Assembly (NCBI GenBank): GCA_022711395.1
Contig: JAKLFA010000003.1
Coordinates: forward strand, 98,509 to 162,508
Source of the DNA: Candidatus Omnitrophota bacterium
GTDB taxonomy: Bacteria; Omnitrophota; Gorgyraeia; Zapsychrales; JANLHA01
Direction: 5' to 3'
DNA: 64,000 nucleotides
Each line of letters opens with the position of its first letter. Position 1 is the stretch's first letter. Below, in pieces: positions 18,653-29,482 of this stretch. Below the pieces are notes generated by a model that was not told the DNA's origin, searched no databases, and saw only the letters and a list, made by a program, of their open reading frames with translations. Position numbers and translations under genes: made by a program.

Positions 18653-21600
18653 CTAAACAGCCTTCAGGTCCGCGTGATACTCCTGAAGCGCTTTGGGTCC
18701 GATCTTGCCCTTCTTCATGGCTTCGATCCCGGCTACGCTGGCCTGAGCGGCAGCAAGGGACGTCACATACGGCACCTTTTGCTGGATCGCGGTCATGCGG
18801 ATGTAGCTGTCATCCTCTTTGCTTTCTTTGCCCAGCGGCGTGTTAATGACCAGATGGAGTTCGCCGTTTTTGATCGCGTCGGCGATGTTGGGCCGGCCTT
18901 CGCATAATTTTTTGATGCGGGTATTTTTGATCCCGTGCTCATCCAAGAATTGTCCCGTCCCTTCGGTCGCGAAAATATTCAACCCCAAAACGGCGATCTT
19001 TTTGGCGATCGGCAGAAGATGCTTGCGGTCCTTGGGCGCCACGGTCACCAGGACGTTTCCTTCCGTCGGAAGCTTGTAACCGGCGGATTCCTGCGCCTTG
19101 TAGAACGCCCGCCCGAAATCATCCGCCATCCCCATCACCTCTCCGGTCGCCCGCATCTCAGGCCCAAGGACCGGATCGACCTCCGGGAACATATTGAAAG
19201 GAAAGACCGCCTCTTTCACGCCGACATAGGGGATCTTCTTTTTCTTCAGTTCAGGAAAATCCGGCAGCTTTTTCCCCAGCATGATCTCGGTGGCGATCCG
19301 CGCCAACGAAATGCCGGCCACCTTGGAAATGATCGGCACGGTCCTTGAGGCCCGTGGGTTCGCCTCCAGGATATAGACCTTATCGTCGCAGATCGCGAAC
19401 TGAATGTTAATGAGCCCCACAACTTTCAATTCCTTGGCGATGGCCTTGGTGTAGGATTCGATCAGATCGAGATTTTTTTGTGAAATGGTGCGGCTGGGGA
19501 TCGAGCATGCCGAATCTCCGGAATGAACGCCGGCCAGCTCAATGTGCTCCATCACGGAAGCCACAAAGACATCTTCCCCATCGGCGACCGCGTCGACCTC
19601 GGTCTCAATGGCCATGTCCAGAAAACGGTCAATGAGCATCGGATGCTCCGGGCTCACGTTGATCGCCTCCAGCGCGTATTTGGTCAGCGACTCATCGTCA
19701 TAAATGATCTCCATCCCCCGCCCGCCCAGAACATACGACGGACGGACGATCAAAGGGTAGCCGATCCTGCGCGCGATGGCCAGGGCCTGTTCAAGAGAGC
19801 GGGCCGTGTCGCTTTCGGGCTGCGGGATCTTCAGCTCGATCATCTTTTTGCGGAACTGCTCTCTGTCCTCGGCAAAATCAATGCTCTGCGGAGATGTCCC
19901 TATGATCGGAACGCCGTTATTGTGCAGTTCCTGCGCCAAATTGAGCGGCGTCTGCCCGCCGAACTGAACGATCACGCCGTCCGGTTTTTCCTTGTCATAA
20001 ATGTTTAAAACATCCTCGAGCGTCAACGGTTCAAAATACAGTTTGTCCGACGTGTCATAATCCGTCGAAACGGTTTCAGGATTACAGTTGACCATGATCG
20101 ACTCATAACCCAGATCCCTTAAAGCAAACGCCGCATGAACGCAGGTGTAATCGAATTCGATCCCCTGGCCGATGCGGTTGGGGCCGCCGCCTAAGATCAT
20201 GATCTTTTTTCTGGAAGAAACCGGGACCTCATCCGCGATCGTCTTGTAGGTGGAATAATAATAGGCCTTGTCCTTTACGCCGCTTACCGGGACCGCTTCA
20301 TAACGGGCGGTGATCCCCGCGGAAATTCTCCGTTCCCGGACGCCTTTCTCGGTCACGTTAAAAAGCGAGGCCAGATAACGGTCCGAAAAACCGTCCACCT
20401 TGGCCTGAGCGAGTTTCTTGTCCGACAGCTTGGCCCATCCCGTCTTGATCAGATCCTCTTCAAAGTCAACCAGCTCTTTCATCTGCCCGATGAACCATTT
20501 GCCGATAAAGGTCATCGCGTGCAGCTCTTCGATGGACATGCCTTTGCGCAGGGCCTCATACATCAAAAAGATCCGTTCGCTGGAGGGAAACATCAGCCGT
20601 TTCTTAAGCTCCTCCAGCGGAAGCTCCTTAAAGTTCCTGGCGCCCCCCACTCCGTAGCGCTTGGTCTCCAAAGAGCGGATCGACTTGTGAAAGGATTCCT
20701 TGAACGTCTTTCCGATGCTCATGACCTCCCCGACGGCCTTCATCTGGGTCCCCAAAATATCCTTGGCCTGGGCGAACTTTTCAAAAGCCCAGCGCGCGAA
20801 CTTGATGACCACATAATCCCCGCTGGGGGCGTATTTTTCGAGCGTCCCTTCCTTCCAATACGGCATCTCATCCATCGTCCTTCCGGCAGCCAGCTTTGTC
20901 GAAATGCGCGCGATCGGAAATCCCGTGGCCTTCGAAGCCAGCGCGGATGAACGCGACGTGCGCGGGTTGATCTCAATGACGATCAGCCGGTCTGTCTTGG
21001 GATCATGGGCGAACTGGACGTTTGTTCCGCCTACCACGCCGATCGCGTCCACGATCTTGTAAGAAGCTTCCTGCATGCGTTCCTGAAGCTTCTTGGGAAC
21101 GGTCAGCATCGGGGCCGCGCAGAAACTGTCTCCAGTGTGGACGCCCATCGCGTCGATATTCTCGATAAAGCAGACCGTGATCTTCTGGTTTTTTTCATCG
21201 CGCACCACTTCCAGTTCCAGCTCTTCCCATCCGAACACCGACTCTTCCACCAAGACCTGATGAACGAGGCTCGCGGCAAGCCCGCGCTGAACGATCGCGC
21301 GAAGTTCCTCCACATTATAGGCGATCCCGCCGCCTGTCCCGCCCATGGTGTAGGCCGGGCGCAAAACGACCGGATAGCCTAACCGTTCGGCGATGGCTTC
21401 AGCCTCCGCCACCGAGTGCGAAGGCTCGGAGCGGGCCATCTCAATGCCGATCTTGTCCATCGTCGCTTTGAACTCGATCCTGTCCTCGCCGCGCTCGATC
21501 GCGTCCGCCTTGACGCCGATGATCTCAACGCCGTATTTCTGCAATGCCCCGCTTTTATGCAAAGACGAGGTCAGATTCAGCCCCGTCTGCCCGCCGAGGT

Positions 21601-21865
21601 TCGGCAGAACGGCGTCAGGCCGTTCTTTTTCAATGATCGCCGTCACGCTCTCGACGGTCAACGGTTCAATATAAGTCTTATCAGCCGTGCCGGGATCGGT
21701 CATGATCGTGGCCGGATTGGAGTTGACTAAAACGACCTCGTAGCCTTCTTCTTTCAAGGCCCTGCAGGCCTGTGTGCCCGAATAATCGAATTCGCACGCC
21801 TGTCCGATGATGATCGGACCTGATCCGATGATCAGGATCTTGTGGATATCCTTACGTTTTGCCAT
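18653..21865 (-). CDS. carB: Carbamoyl-phosphate synthase large subunit
   Basis: 1070 aa. Duplicated ATP-grasp halves. N-terminus MAKRKDIHKILIIGSGPIIIGQACEFDYSG is canonical CarB. No carA is adjacent. Confidence 0.95.
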   Translation of the reverse strand: MAKRKDIHKILIIGSGPIIIGQACEFDYSGTQACRALKEEGYEVVLVNSNPATIMTDPGTADKTYIEPLTVESVTAIIEKERPDAVLPNLGGQTGLNLTSSLHKSGALQKYGVEIIGVKADAIERGEDRIEFKATMDKIGIEMARSEPSHSVAEAEAIAERLGYPVVLRPAYTMGGTGGGIAYNVEELRAIVQRGLAASLVHQVLVEESVFGWEELELEVVRDEKNQKITVCFIENIDAMGVHTGDSFCAAPMLTVPKKLQERMQEASYKIVDAIGVVGGTNVQFAHDPKTDRLIVIEINPRTSRSSALASKATGFPIARISTKLAAGRTMDEMPYWKEGTLEKYAPSGDYVVIKFARWAFEKFAQAKDILGTQMKAVGEVMSIGKTFKESFHKSIRSLETKRYGVGGARNFKELPLEELKKRLMFPSSERIFLMYEALRKGMSIEELHAMTFIGKWFIGQMKELVDFEEDLIKTGWAKLSDKKLAQAKVDGFSDRYLASLFNVTEKGVRERRISAGITARYEAVPVSGVKDKAYYYSTYKTIADEVPVSSRKKIMILGGGPNRIGQGIEFDYTCVHAAFALRDLGYESIMVNCNPETVSTDYDTSDKLYFEPLTLEDVLNIYDKEKPDGVIVQFGGQTPLNLAQELHNNGVPIIGTSPQSIDFAEDREQFRKKMIELKIPQPESDTARSLEQALAIARRIGYPLIVRPSYVLGGRGMEIIYDDESLTKYALEAINVSPEHPMLIDRFLDMAIETEVDAVADGEDVFVASVMEHIELAGVHSGDSACSIPSRTISQKNLDLIESYTKAIAKELKVVGLINIQFAICDDKVYILEANPRASRTVPIISKVAGISLARIATEIMLGKKLPDFPELKKKKIPYVGVKEAVFPFNMFPEVDPVLGPEMRATGEVMGMADDFGRAFYKAQESAGYKLPTEGNVLVTVAPKDRKHLLPIAKKIAVLGLNIFATEGTGQFLDEHGIKNTRIKKLCEGRPNIADAIKNGELHLVINTPLGKESKEDDSYIRMTAIQQKVPYVTSLAAAQASVAGIEAMKKGKIGPKALQEYHADLKAV

Positions 21866-21886
21866 ACACCCCCCTGTGTCTTTTGG

Positions 21887-22663
21887 TCATGGTCTGTTTG
21901 TTTTGATCTCCTTTTCCTTGCGCTTTGAGCTCTGCCTGCGGGCCACGCACATCCAGTCCCACGGGTAAGGTTCCCGCATCCAGCGAGGCGGGTTTTCATA
22001 TTCCGTGTCCCAGTCATAACGGATCTTCTGAACCTCTTCGACCTCAAAACCAACCAGCCGCAAGAACGAGATCAGCTCTTCCCTCAAATAATGTTTTGTC
22101 AAAACTCCGTCGATCGGAAGCACTCCGTGCCCCTTAAAGAGCGGCTCATGCCCGAAACGCAAAACGCCGCCCGCTCCCTCCCGCAATTTCCATTCGATCA
22201 ATTTATAGGACGCGTAATAATACGATTCCAAAGACGGAACGACCAGGACCAGCAGCCCGCCGGGCTTAAGATGCTCCCGGATGTTCTTAAGCATCTTCAT
22301 CCGCGTCTTCAGCGAAGGCGTGATGACCGAATTGATGGACACCGCGCAATCCGCGGCCGGCAAGGCTGAACTCCTCTTTGCGAGGTCCGCGGCGAAAAAC
22401 TTCACGTTGGCCAGCGACCCGTGACGCTCCTGAGCGACCGTCAGGCATTCTTTGGAAATATCGACCGCGTGCACGGACTTGAAATGTTTCGCGAGCGTCG
22501 CGATCCCGTGGCCGATCCCGCAGCCGCAATCAAGCACGGTCTGGGAACGGAACTCGCCGCGCTCAAAAAAAGACTTCAATGTCCCATCCCGGTCGCCTTC
22601 CCAGACGTTGAAGATCTCCTCTTCATACACACCGGCTTTCCCGTTCCAATACGCCGCGTCCAT
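21887..22663 (-). CDS. Class I SAM-dependent methyltransferase
   Basis: VLDCGCGIGHG motif I; length 258 aa. Confidence 0.8.
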   Translation of the reverse strand: MDAAYWNGKAGVYEEEIFNVWEGDRDGTLKSFFERGEFRSQTVLDCGCGIGHGIATLAKHFKSVHAVDISKECLTVAQERHGSLANVKFFAADLAKRSSALPAADCAVSINSVITPSLKTRMKMLKNIREHLKPGGLLVLVVPSLESYYYASYKLIEWKLREGAGGVLRFGHEPLFKGHGVLPIDGVLTKHYLREELISFLRLVGFEVEEVQKIRYDWDTEYENPPRWMREPYPWDWMCVARRQSSKRKEKEIKTNRP

Positions 22664-22815
22664 CCGCCTCCTCCTGGCATAAAACCCGCTTTAAAAGGAT
22701 ATTGTTATTTTAGCATCCTCATTTCGGGGGCAAAGAAGAATGATAAAAATCATTGTTTAGACCCTCCGGCCAAATTAAAATAAAGGCGGTTCATTGCAAA
22801 GCTGAAAGGATTTCC

Positions 22816-23778
22816 ATGAAGATCTCGATCGTGATCCCCGCTTTTAACGAAGAATCCTCGCTCCCCTTTTTAAAGGGCCGCTTGACAACAACGCTTGCCG
22901 GCCTGCCCATGGAGCGCGAGATCATTGTCGTCAACGACGGCAGCACCGACCGGACAGGCGAGATCGTCAAAGACTGGATCGAACAGGACGCTTCGGTCAT
23001 TCTGATCGAATTGTCCCGGAACTTCGGCCACCAGCAGGCCATCACCGCCGGACTGCATGAATCGACCGGGGACTGCGTGGTCATCCTGGACGCGGACCTG
23101 CAGGATCCGCCTGAAGAGATCCACGCAATGGTCCAAAAATGGAATGAAGGCTGTAAAGTCGTCTTTGCGGAGCGGACCGGCCGGATGGAGCCCATTCACC
23201 GGCGGCTCCTCTTCGCCGCGTTCTACAAATTCTTCCTGCTCCTTTCGGATCTTCCGGTCATCATCCAATCAGGGGTCTTCAGCCTCATGGACCGCGCGGT
23301 CGTCAACCACCTCCTGAACATGAAAGAACGCAACCGTTTCATCCCCGGCATGCAGGGATGGCTGGGATTCAAGACCGCGACCATTTATTATCAACGGCAG
23401 GACCGGTTGACGGGAAGACCGAAACAGAGCCTGAAAAGGCTGACCGCCTACGCGCTCGACGCGGTCTTCAGTTTCAGCTACAAACCTTTACGCTTAAGCT
23501 TTCTGGCCGGCATCATGACCACCGCGTTCTTTTTTGCCTACGGCACCGTGCTTGTCGTCATGCGCCTGCTGAACATCAACGTGGTGCGCGGATTCACGAC
23601 GCCGACAGTGGCGATCTTCTTTATCGGAGGGCTGATGCTCATCAGTAACGGCATCACCGGAGAATACGTGGCCCGCATTTATGATGAGGTCAAAAACCGG
23701 CCCTTGTTTATTCTGTCGCGCAAAGTCTACCGCAACCGCGAAGGAAAACTCATCGAGCAGGAACCGCCGGCGCTTTAA
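22816..23778 (+). CDS. GT2 polyprenyl-phosphate glycosyltransferase (ArnC/GtrB-like) with C-terminal TM helices
   Basis: MKISIVIPAFNEE start with an AAAGGA RBS. VVNDGSTDRT and ILDADLQDPPE motifs. Two C-terminal TM segments. Confidence 0.85.
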   Translation: MKISIVIPAFNEESSLPFLKGRLTTTLAGLPMEREIIVVNDGSTDRTGEIVKDWIEQDASVILIELSRNFGHQQAITAGLHESTGDCVVILDADLQDPPEEIHAMVQKWNEGCKVVFAERTGRMEPIHRRLLFAAFYKFFLLLSDLPVIIQSGVFSLMDRAVVNHLLNMKERNRFIPGMQGWLGFKTATIYYQRQDRLTGRPKQSLKRLTAYALDAVFSFSYKPLRLSFLAGIMTTAFFFAYGTVLVVMRLLNINVVRGFTTPTVAIFFIGGLMLISNGITGEYVARIYDEVKNRPLFILSRKVYRNREGKLIEQEPPAL

Positions 23779-23781
23779 CGT

Positions 23782-25338
23782 TTACGGACGGGCGTCTTCT
23801 TTCTGAAAGACCAGGGCGTTAGGGAACCCTTCTAACACGGCCCCATCGGAATATTGAGGAAAACGGCCAAACACGAACTCCGTTTCCCAGCGCGACCGCT
23901 GAGGAAAAATAATATATTTCATCTGCGCGGGAACAAAATTCGCGAAGTGCTCCGGCTCCGGCGCAAACCCCGCCTTCTTCCAGTCGTTCAGGCCAAAAAT
24001 ACAATGATACGCCTTTCCTTCCGCCAGGATCGTCGATAATGGATTGTTGGGAAAATACGCCCGGCCCGGATTTTTTCTGGCAAACTCATAGGCCAGCACG
24101 TGATCGCTTTGGGCCAGGTCCTGAAAAATTTCCTTAAAATTCCTGACTTCATGAAACCGGGTGATCAAAAGGCCAACGGTCAACAGGCACCACAAAAGCA
24201 CGGCCTTGCGTCTGACGGTGTCCGAATATTTCGTCAAGCCGGCACCGGCGCACTCGCTGAGATTTAAGCACAGCGCGATCGCTAAAAAATACAAAGTCGG
24301 GCTGAAGGCGTTAAGCGCCCCGCCCCACTTGACACGCGTCAAAACCGAGGCCGGGACCAAAAAGACCGCGGCGATCAAATACACCAGCCACGGATGGTCC
24401 TTTATCCATCGCTTCAAAGAAAAAGGCCCCTGCGTGAAACAGGCAGAGTCGTAACTGGCCACCAGCCAGCACCACAGCATCGAGATCCAGAGAAGAAAAG
24501 ATTTTTCAAGCAACTCCCCCGTCACCTCCCAGAGGGCCAGGCCCCGATCGGCCATGATCCAGGGCGTGCGCAGGGGGATCGACACAGTGTTCTGGATCAG
24601 GCCTTGAGAATCCACAAAGGTAACGGTCAGCGCCAACGCCAGGGCTAAAGCGCATAAGCTGCTCAATGCGTAACTCGCGGCCTTTTTAAACCCTTCCGCC
24701 AACCCAAGATAAAAAGGGACCGCAAAAAAAAGCGGCAAGAATGTTTGTTTGGCCATGATCGAAAGCGTCAGAAAAAACACCGAAGCAGCCAAAGACGCCG
24801 TCTGACCTCTTTGCTTTCGCGAACACACAAACCAGCAGGCCAGCGCGCCGAATCCCAACGCCGGAGCATCAGCATGGACGGCAAACGCGGAGTAGGACAG
24901 CGCCCTAGAACTCACGGTCACTAAACAAAAAAGCACAAAACAGCCCGGCGAAGTTAAGTTGAATTTTTTCAGGGCTCCCTTTCCTTGCGGCAAAAAAGGG
25001 AGCGCGGCAGGAAAAAAATACAGAACGGCGCTGATGAGCGCCCCGGCGATAATCACCTGATTGATCGACTCAAACACGAAAGCCGGTATATACACCAACG
25101 GCCCGACGGGTCCATACATCTGGGACAAAACCGGCCCGTCCTGAAAAGGATACATCGGCTCCCCCAGCAGGATCGATCCCGTCCACGCCAGCCGGATCGC
25201 GTTCCAGCAGCCCATCACAAAAAATTCCTTGTTCGGCGAAATCAAAAGCTCCTGAACAACGCACACGCCCACAAACACCGCCGAGTACGCCGCCAATAAA
25301 AAGTAAAAATATGGATCACGCCCGTTCTTCACCATCAT
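23782..25338 (-). CDS. Polytopic membrane protein, putative GT-C fold glycosyltransferase (ArnT/PMT-like)
   Basis: More than 10 predicted TM helices across 518 aa. It is convergent with the ArnC-like GT2 gene. Confidence 0.45.
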   Translation of the reverse strand: MMVKNGRDPYFYFLLAAYSAVFVGVCVVQELLISPNKEFFVMGCWNAIRLAWTGSILLGEPMYPFQDGPVLSQMYGPVGPLVYIPAFVFESINQVIIAGALISAVLYFFPAALPFLPQGKGALKKFNLTSPGCFVLFCLVTVSSRALSYSAFAVHADAPALGFGALACWFVCSRKQRGQTASLAASVFFLTLSIMAKQTFLPLFFAVPFYLGLAEGFKKAASYALSSLCALALALALTVTFVDSQGLIQNTVSIPLRTPWIMADRGLALWEVTGELLEKSFLLWISMLWCWLVASYDSACFTQGPFSLKRWIKDHPWLVYLIAAVFLVPASVLTRVKWGGALNAFSPTLYFLAIALCLNLSECAGAGLTKYSDTVRRKAVLLWCLLTVGLLITRFHEVRNFKEIFQDLAQSDHVLAYEFARKNPGRAYFPNNPLSTILAEGKAYHCIFGLNDWKKAGFAPEPEHFANFVPAQMKYIIFPQRSRWETEFVFGRFPQYSDGAVLEGFPNALVFQKEDARP

Positions 25339-25350
25339 CCAAACGCCCCG

Positions 25351-25788
25351 CTATTCTCCGATATCTTCATTCCACAGCCGGGGATTGCCCCGGATAAAAT
25401 CGTTCATCATCTTCCGGCAGGTCTCATCCTGCAGCACCTCAAGCTCGACCCCGCTGGCGCGCAGGATCTCTTCATCGCCCATGAAGGTCCGGTTCTCTCC
25501 GATCACGACTTTAGGGATCCCGTAAAGCCGTATGGCGCCGGCGCACATCGGGCACGGCGAGAGCGTCGTATACAGCACGCATTCTCTGTAGACCGAAGCC
25601 GGCTGGCGGCCCGCATTCTCAAACGCGGACATCTCCCCGTGCAGGATCACGCTTTCCTCCTGCACGCGCCGGTTGTGGCCGCGGCCGATGATCCTGCCCT
25701 TGTGCACGATCACCGAACCGATCGGGATGCCGCCTTCGGCCAACCCTTTCTTCGCCTCTTCGATCGCTGCCTGCAGATACTGGTCCAT
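25351..25788 (-). CDS. Nucleoside (cytosine/guanine-type) deaminase, CMP/dCMP deaminase zinc-binding family
   Basis: HGEMSA and SPCPMCAGA zinc-binding motifs (H-x-E ... PC-x-x-C). Confidence 0.85.
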   Translation of the reverse strand: MDQYLQAAIEEAKKGLAEGGIPIGSVIVHKGRIIGRGHNRRVQEESVILHGEMSAFENAGRQPASVYRECVLYTTLSPCPMCAGAIRLYGIPKVVIGENRTFMGDEEILRASGVELEVLQDETCRKMMNDFIRGNPRLWNEDIGE

Positions 25789-25825
25789 GTCCGTTTCCTC
25801 CCGAAAGCTTTAAAGGCCGCGCGTC

Positions 25826-26272
25826 TTATTGGATCGCGTGCGACGTGATGTTGTATCCGATCACGATCCCTTTTTTGTTGAAAAAGATATTCGTGATCCG
25901 GATGTCTTTGGAATAGACGTCCACCCCCAGGACCCGGATGGTCCGCTTCGTTTGGATCTCTTTTTCATCAAGCGGCTGAATATAGGTCCAGGCCACATGC
26001 GGCGCCGCGTCCGACCTGAAAGAGCTCGTCAGCCGGTCCAGGAGCGGGATGCTTGAAAGCTGATTTTCAAAACTGGAATCTTCATACCGGGAGATGATCT
26101 GCGGCTCGCCCAAAAGCCTTCTCACATCACCGTCGGAGCTCTTATTGATCTTAAGCCCTGACTCCAGTGCCTGCTTCATGTTCTGGGCTGAGAGGTCGTT
26201 TCTGATCGGCATCGGGGTCGTGCAGCCGGCCAGAACAAAACAGAACCACAGCGTTAAAAAGCGTTTAGTCAT
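25826..26272 (-). CDS. Lipoprotein, hypothetical
   Basis: Signal peptide with lipobox LAGC. Confidence 0.55.
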   Translation of the reverse strand: MTKRFLTLWFCFVLAGCTTPMPIRNDLSAQNMKQALESGLKINKSSDGDVRRLLGEPQIISRYEDSSFENQLSSIPLLDRLTSSFRSDAAPHVAWTYIQPLDEKEIQTKRTIRVLGVDVYSKDIRITNIFFNKKGIVIGYNITSHAIQ

Positions 26273-26660
26273 GGCCTCGCGTTTCCTTATCGTTCATGGA
26301 GGATCTGTTCCTCTTTCCGTTCTTTCGCTTTTCAGTGACCGCGAGCCAGAGCGTCTTTGCGCGCGGCGCGGTCCACTCGACGCGGTGAGAAGTTCCCGCC
26401 GGGATAAAAAAATGGTCCCCCGGCTTTAAGACAACAGGGCGCGCGCGGCCTTTGACCTTCAGCCGGCCCTCCCCTTTGAGCACCATCACCCACTCATCAG
26501 CGGGCTCCTTCAACCAGCGACCCCGCTCCGTCGCCTGCCCCCGCGAAACGATCCGTTCGACCTTGAACGCCGCGCCCTCGGTCAGAAGCTCAAAGACCTC
26601 CCCGTCTTTCGGGTCAGGGGCCTTCGAATAAAAATTTTTCGGGTCCGGTCTTTTTGCCAT
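26265..26660 (-). CDS. Cupin domain protein
   Basis: Cupin motifs (GDHFFIPAGTSHRVEW). Confidence 0.75.
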   Translation of the reverse strand: MAKRPDPKNFYSKAPDPKDGEVFELLTEGAAFKVERIVSRGQATERGRWLKEPADEWVMVLKGEGRLKVKGRARPVVLKPGDHFFIPAGTSHRVEWTAPRAKTLWLAVTEKRKNGKRNRSSMNDKETRGHD

Positions 26661-26771
26661 GGCATGGTCCGCCGTAAACGGTCGCTTCCGTCAAAGAAAA
26701 ACGCGCGCCGCGTTCATGTCTTTTCAAATTATATCTCAAGATCCAGAATAATCCTGCAGAAATTAAAATGA

Positions 26772-29453
26772 TTAGAAGCTGGTGGTATACGGGACGATCG
26801 AAAGAATATCAAAACTGAATCCGGCAAACGCCTCGCCCCCCAGGGTCGTGATCCCTTCTCCGTTTAAGAGCGGACCCGGGATAACGACGGGCTCATCCTG
26901 GCGTTGGATCACGGTCGTCGAACGGTATCCGGTAAAGTCCACACCACCGTATTGTTCGTCCGCCGCCGCGTCCGATGGGGCCTCAGAGGCCAGCACGCTG
27001 CTATTGACCTCTCCCTTGCCGTCCTGTTTCGAAAGGCCGATCCCCAGTTCAGAAGCGACCGCCTTGCGCATCGCGTTCTCAATGGCGACATTGACGGCCC
27101 GCAGCTCCTCGGTGATCAGATCGAGGTATTTCTCATCCACGCCGGACGGATCTTTGTTCTCAGCGATCTCCTTAATGTGCTGCTGCAGCGCCTTAAATTC
27201 CGGCAGGTCCCGGACGGCCTTGTTCTTTAAGGCCTCCGTGACACCGTTAAAGACCGGGATATCGTTGCTGGGCATGCTTAAGCCGAAATGGATGTCCATG
27301 TCCCGCAGGATCGAACGGATGATCCAGAAGCGCTGCTTGGAAGCCAGCTCCCCGCAGATCGTCACCTTTCGGCCCTCCCCGAGGGAAGCCTGCCCGATCA
27401 CGGAAACGACCGCCTGCAGGATCCTGGGATAAATGCTGTCAAAATATTTATTGGCCTTCGGATCGGACCGGTTGACCTGATACAGCTCCGAGGTCAGGTC
27501 ATTGGTCCCGATACTGAAGAACATCAGGTCTTTTTCCTGAAGAAAATCCCCCAAGTTCGTCAACGCTTTTTCGGTCTCGATCATGATGCCCCATTCGACC
27601 GGGAATTTTCCCTTAAGGTCCGCGAATTCCGCCTCCGCCAGCACTTCAGCGATGATGGCCTTGATCGCGCGGATGTCATCGGCGGTCTCCACCATCGGGA
27701 ACATAAAGCGGATATTTTCATACCCCTGATTGCGCAGGTCGATCAAAGCGCGCAGCTGTTCTTTGACGATCTCCCGGCCCATCGCGTCCTCAAGATACAT
27801 CTTGGCCCCTTTAAACGTCACATGAAAAAGCATCGTCGTCTTTTTATCGTCTTTCCAGTCAAAGGCGCGGATCGTCAGAGGCTTTCCGGAAAGCGCGCGC
27901 GCCATGGCGAGCCACCTCTCCCGGTAAAGCATGCGGCCTGGAATATCCGCGTCTTCCAGCTGATTTTCCGAACGGACCAGCCCCAGCCCGCGGGCGAAAT
28001 TCTCATCCGCTTTTTTGGATTCCTTTTCCGTGTCCGCGTTGGCCATGACATACGATCCCGGGTCCCCGCCGTAAACCTTGGCCATGTTGGTCTTTGAGAT
28101 CACATCATCCGGTTTGGTCTGGGCGATCACCGCTGTCGCGTCCACGATCTCGATCTCGGTCTTTCCCTTATCATTGAGCGTGACCGAGACCTCCTGGCCG
28201 TCCTTGATCTCTTTAGGCAGATCCGAGCGGTCCACGATCACCACACCGACCCCGTCGGATGAGGCCAAAAAGACATAATGGGAGGCGAGCGAGCCTTCGG
28301 TCGTGATGATATTGCGCAGGCGGCCCTTAAAATGGTTGTAAAGCGTCCTGTACTGCGACGGCGTCAAAATATTATGGACAAAGAGGTCCACGCCCTGCTC
28401 CACGTCCACGGATGGAAGCTCGATCTCGGCGGAGCGGATGATCGAATGCGCGATCTCCTGCAAAAGCGGCCGGTAGAGCTTGCGTTCGTCCTGGCTTTTC
28501 ATCTTCAATGTTTCGTCGATCGCCTGATTGATGATCCAGCGGTAGCTGTGGGTCGTGTTCTTCTGTCCCTGTTCAGCCGCGGTCTTCATGTTCTCCAACG
28601 CGTCACGGACCCTTGAAACGAACTGATACGAAATATCGGCGGTCATCCGCAGCTGGGATCCGGAAGGAAGGCTTGCCCAGTATTTTTCCGAGGCGGCGAT
28701 ATATTCGTCCGTCTTCGCCTTGGCCCGGGAGATCTCATCCTGCGTGTCGCGCGCGATGACCGAACGCAGCTGCGAAGTGTGCCAATGCCACAGCAAAAGC
28801 CCCTCGCGGTAGATCGTCAGGCTCATATCCTGAAGGTCGGTGAATGTCCGGACCATCTTTTCACCGGTCTTGCTCATCTTGGAAGGATCCATGTTCTCAT
28901 ATTTCTTAAGCTGGTCGACAAAGACCGAGACGAACGCGCTCATGTAGCCGTTTAAGGAAAGGTTCCCCTTGGTCTTCAAGGCCTTGGCCTTGGCCTCATC
29001 AAGCATCATCAGATACGGCATGAGGATCCCCTGCTCCTCCATGCTCGCCGTGTTCATCGAGGCCTCCATCGCCTGATAAAAAAGGTCGTATGTTTTCTCA
29101 AATTTTTCGCGCTGCTCATCCAGGGTCTTCTTGAATTCTTCTTCAGGGATCCCCGGGATGTTCGGCAGCATCTGCGGATTGGAAATGACCGCCTGCACCA
29201 GGTCGTAAACGGTCGTTCCGTCGACCGTTTCCTGCTTCAGCCAGTCCTTATCCTCCTCGCTTACGACGATCGAAAAATGCCCCTCCCCGGCCGGATGCTG
29301 GACGATCTCGCGCAGGGTCTTCTGAAGCTCAGCCTTTTGCGGGCTGTCCTCCTGAAGGCCTTTCATCTGCTGATAGAACTTTCCGATACGGGAATCAGGC
29401 GGAAATTTTTCAAAAAGGTCGAAGGTGAAATTCTCATGGCTGAACGAACGCAA
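26772..29453 (-). CDS. PEP-utilizing enzyme family protein (PtsI/PpsA-like C-terminal TIM barrel plus a divergent phospho-His domain), 893 aa
   Basis: TIM-barrel motifs line up with Enzyme I: LTIRAFDWKDDKK, IRFMFPMVETADDIRAIKAII, WGIMIETEKAL, FFSIGTNDLTSELY, ICGELASK. Upstream, a segment TEGSLASHYVFLASSDGVGVVIV resembles the mobile His domain (GGRTSHAAI...). The N-terminal 350 aa are unassigned. Confidence 0.65.
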   Translation of the reverse strand: MRSFSHENFTFDLFEKFPPDSRIGKFYQQMKGLQEDSPQKAELQKTLREIVQHPAGEGHFSIVVSEEDKDWLKQETVDGTTVYDLVQAVISNPQMLPNIPGIPEEEFKKTLDEQREKFEKTYDLFYQAMEASMNTASMEEQGILMPYLMMLDEAKAKALKTKGNLSLNGYMSAFVSVFVDQLKKYENMDPSKMSKTGEKMVRTFTDLQDMSLTIYREGLLLWHWHTSQLRSVIARDTQDEISRAKAKTDEYIAASEKYWASLPSGSQLRMTADISYQFVSRVRDALENMKTAAEQGQKNTTHSYRWIINQAIDETLKMKSQDERKLYRPLLQEIAHSIIRSAEIELPSVDVEQGVDLFVHNILTPSQYRTLYNHFKGRLRNIITTEGSLASHYVFLASSDGVGVVIVDRSDLPKEIKDGQEVSVTLNDKGKTEIEIVDATAVIAQTKPDDVISKTNMAKVYGGDPGSYVMANADTEKESKKADENFARGLGLVRSENQLEDADIPGRMLYRERWLAMARALSGKPLTIRAFDWKDDKKTTMLFHVTFKGAKMYLEDAMGREIVKEQLRALIDLRNQGYENIRFMFPMVETADDIRAIKAIIAEVLAEAEFADLKGKFPVEWGIMIETEKALTNLGDFLQEKDLMFFSIGTNDLTSELYQVNRSDPKANKYFDSIYPRILQAVVSVIGQASLGEGRKVTICGELASKQRFWIIRSILRDMDIHFGLSMPSNDIPVFNGVTEALKNKAVRDLPEFKALQQHIKEIAENKDPSGVDEKYLDLITEELRAVNVAIENAMRKAVASELGIGLSKQDGKGEVNSSVLASEAPSDAAADEQYGGVDFTGYRSTTVIQRQDEPVVIPGPLLNGEGITTLGGEAFAGFSFDILSIVPYTTSF

Positions 29454-29482
29454 AAGCTCGCAGTCCCGGTGAAGTTCACTGA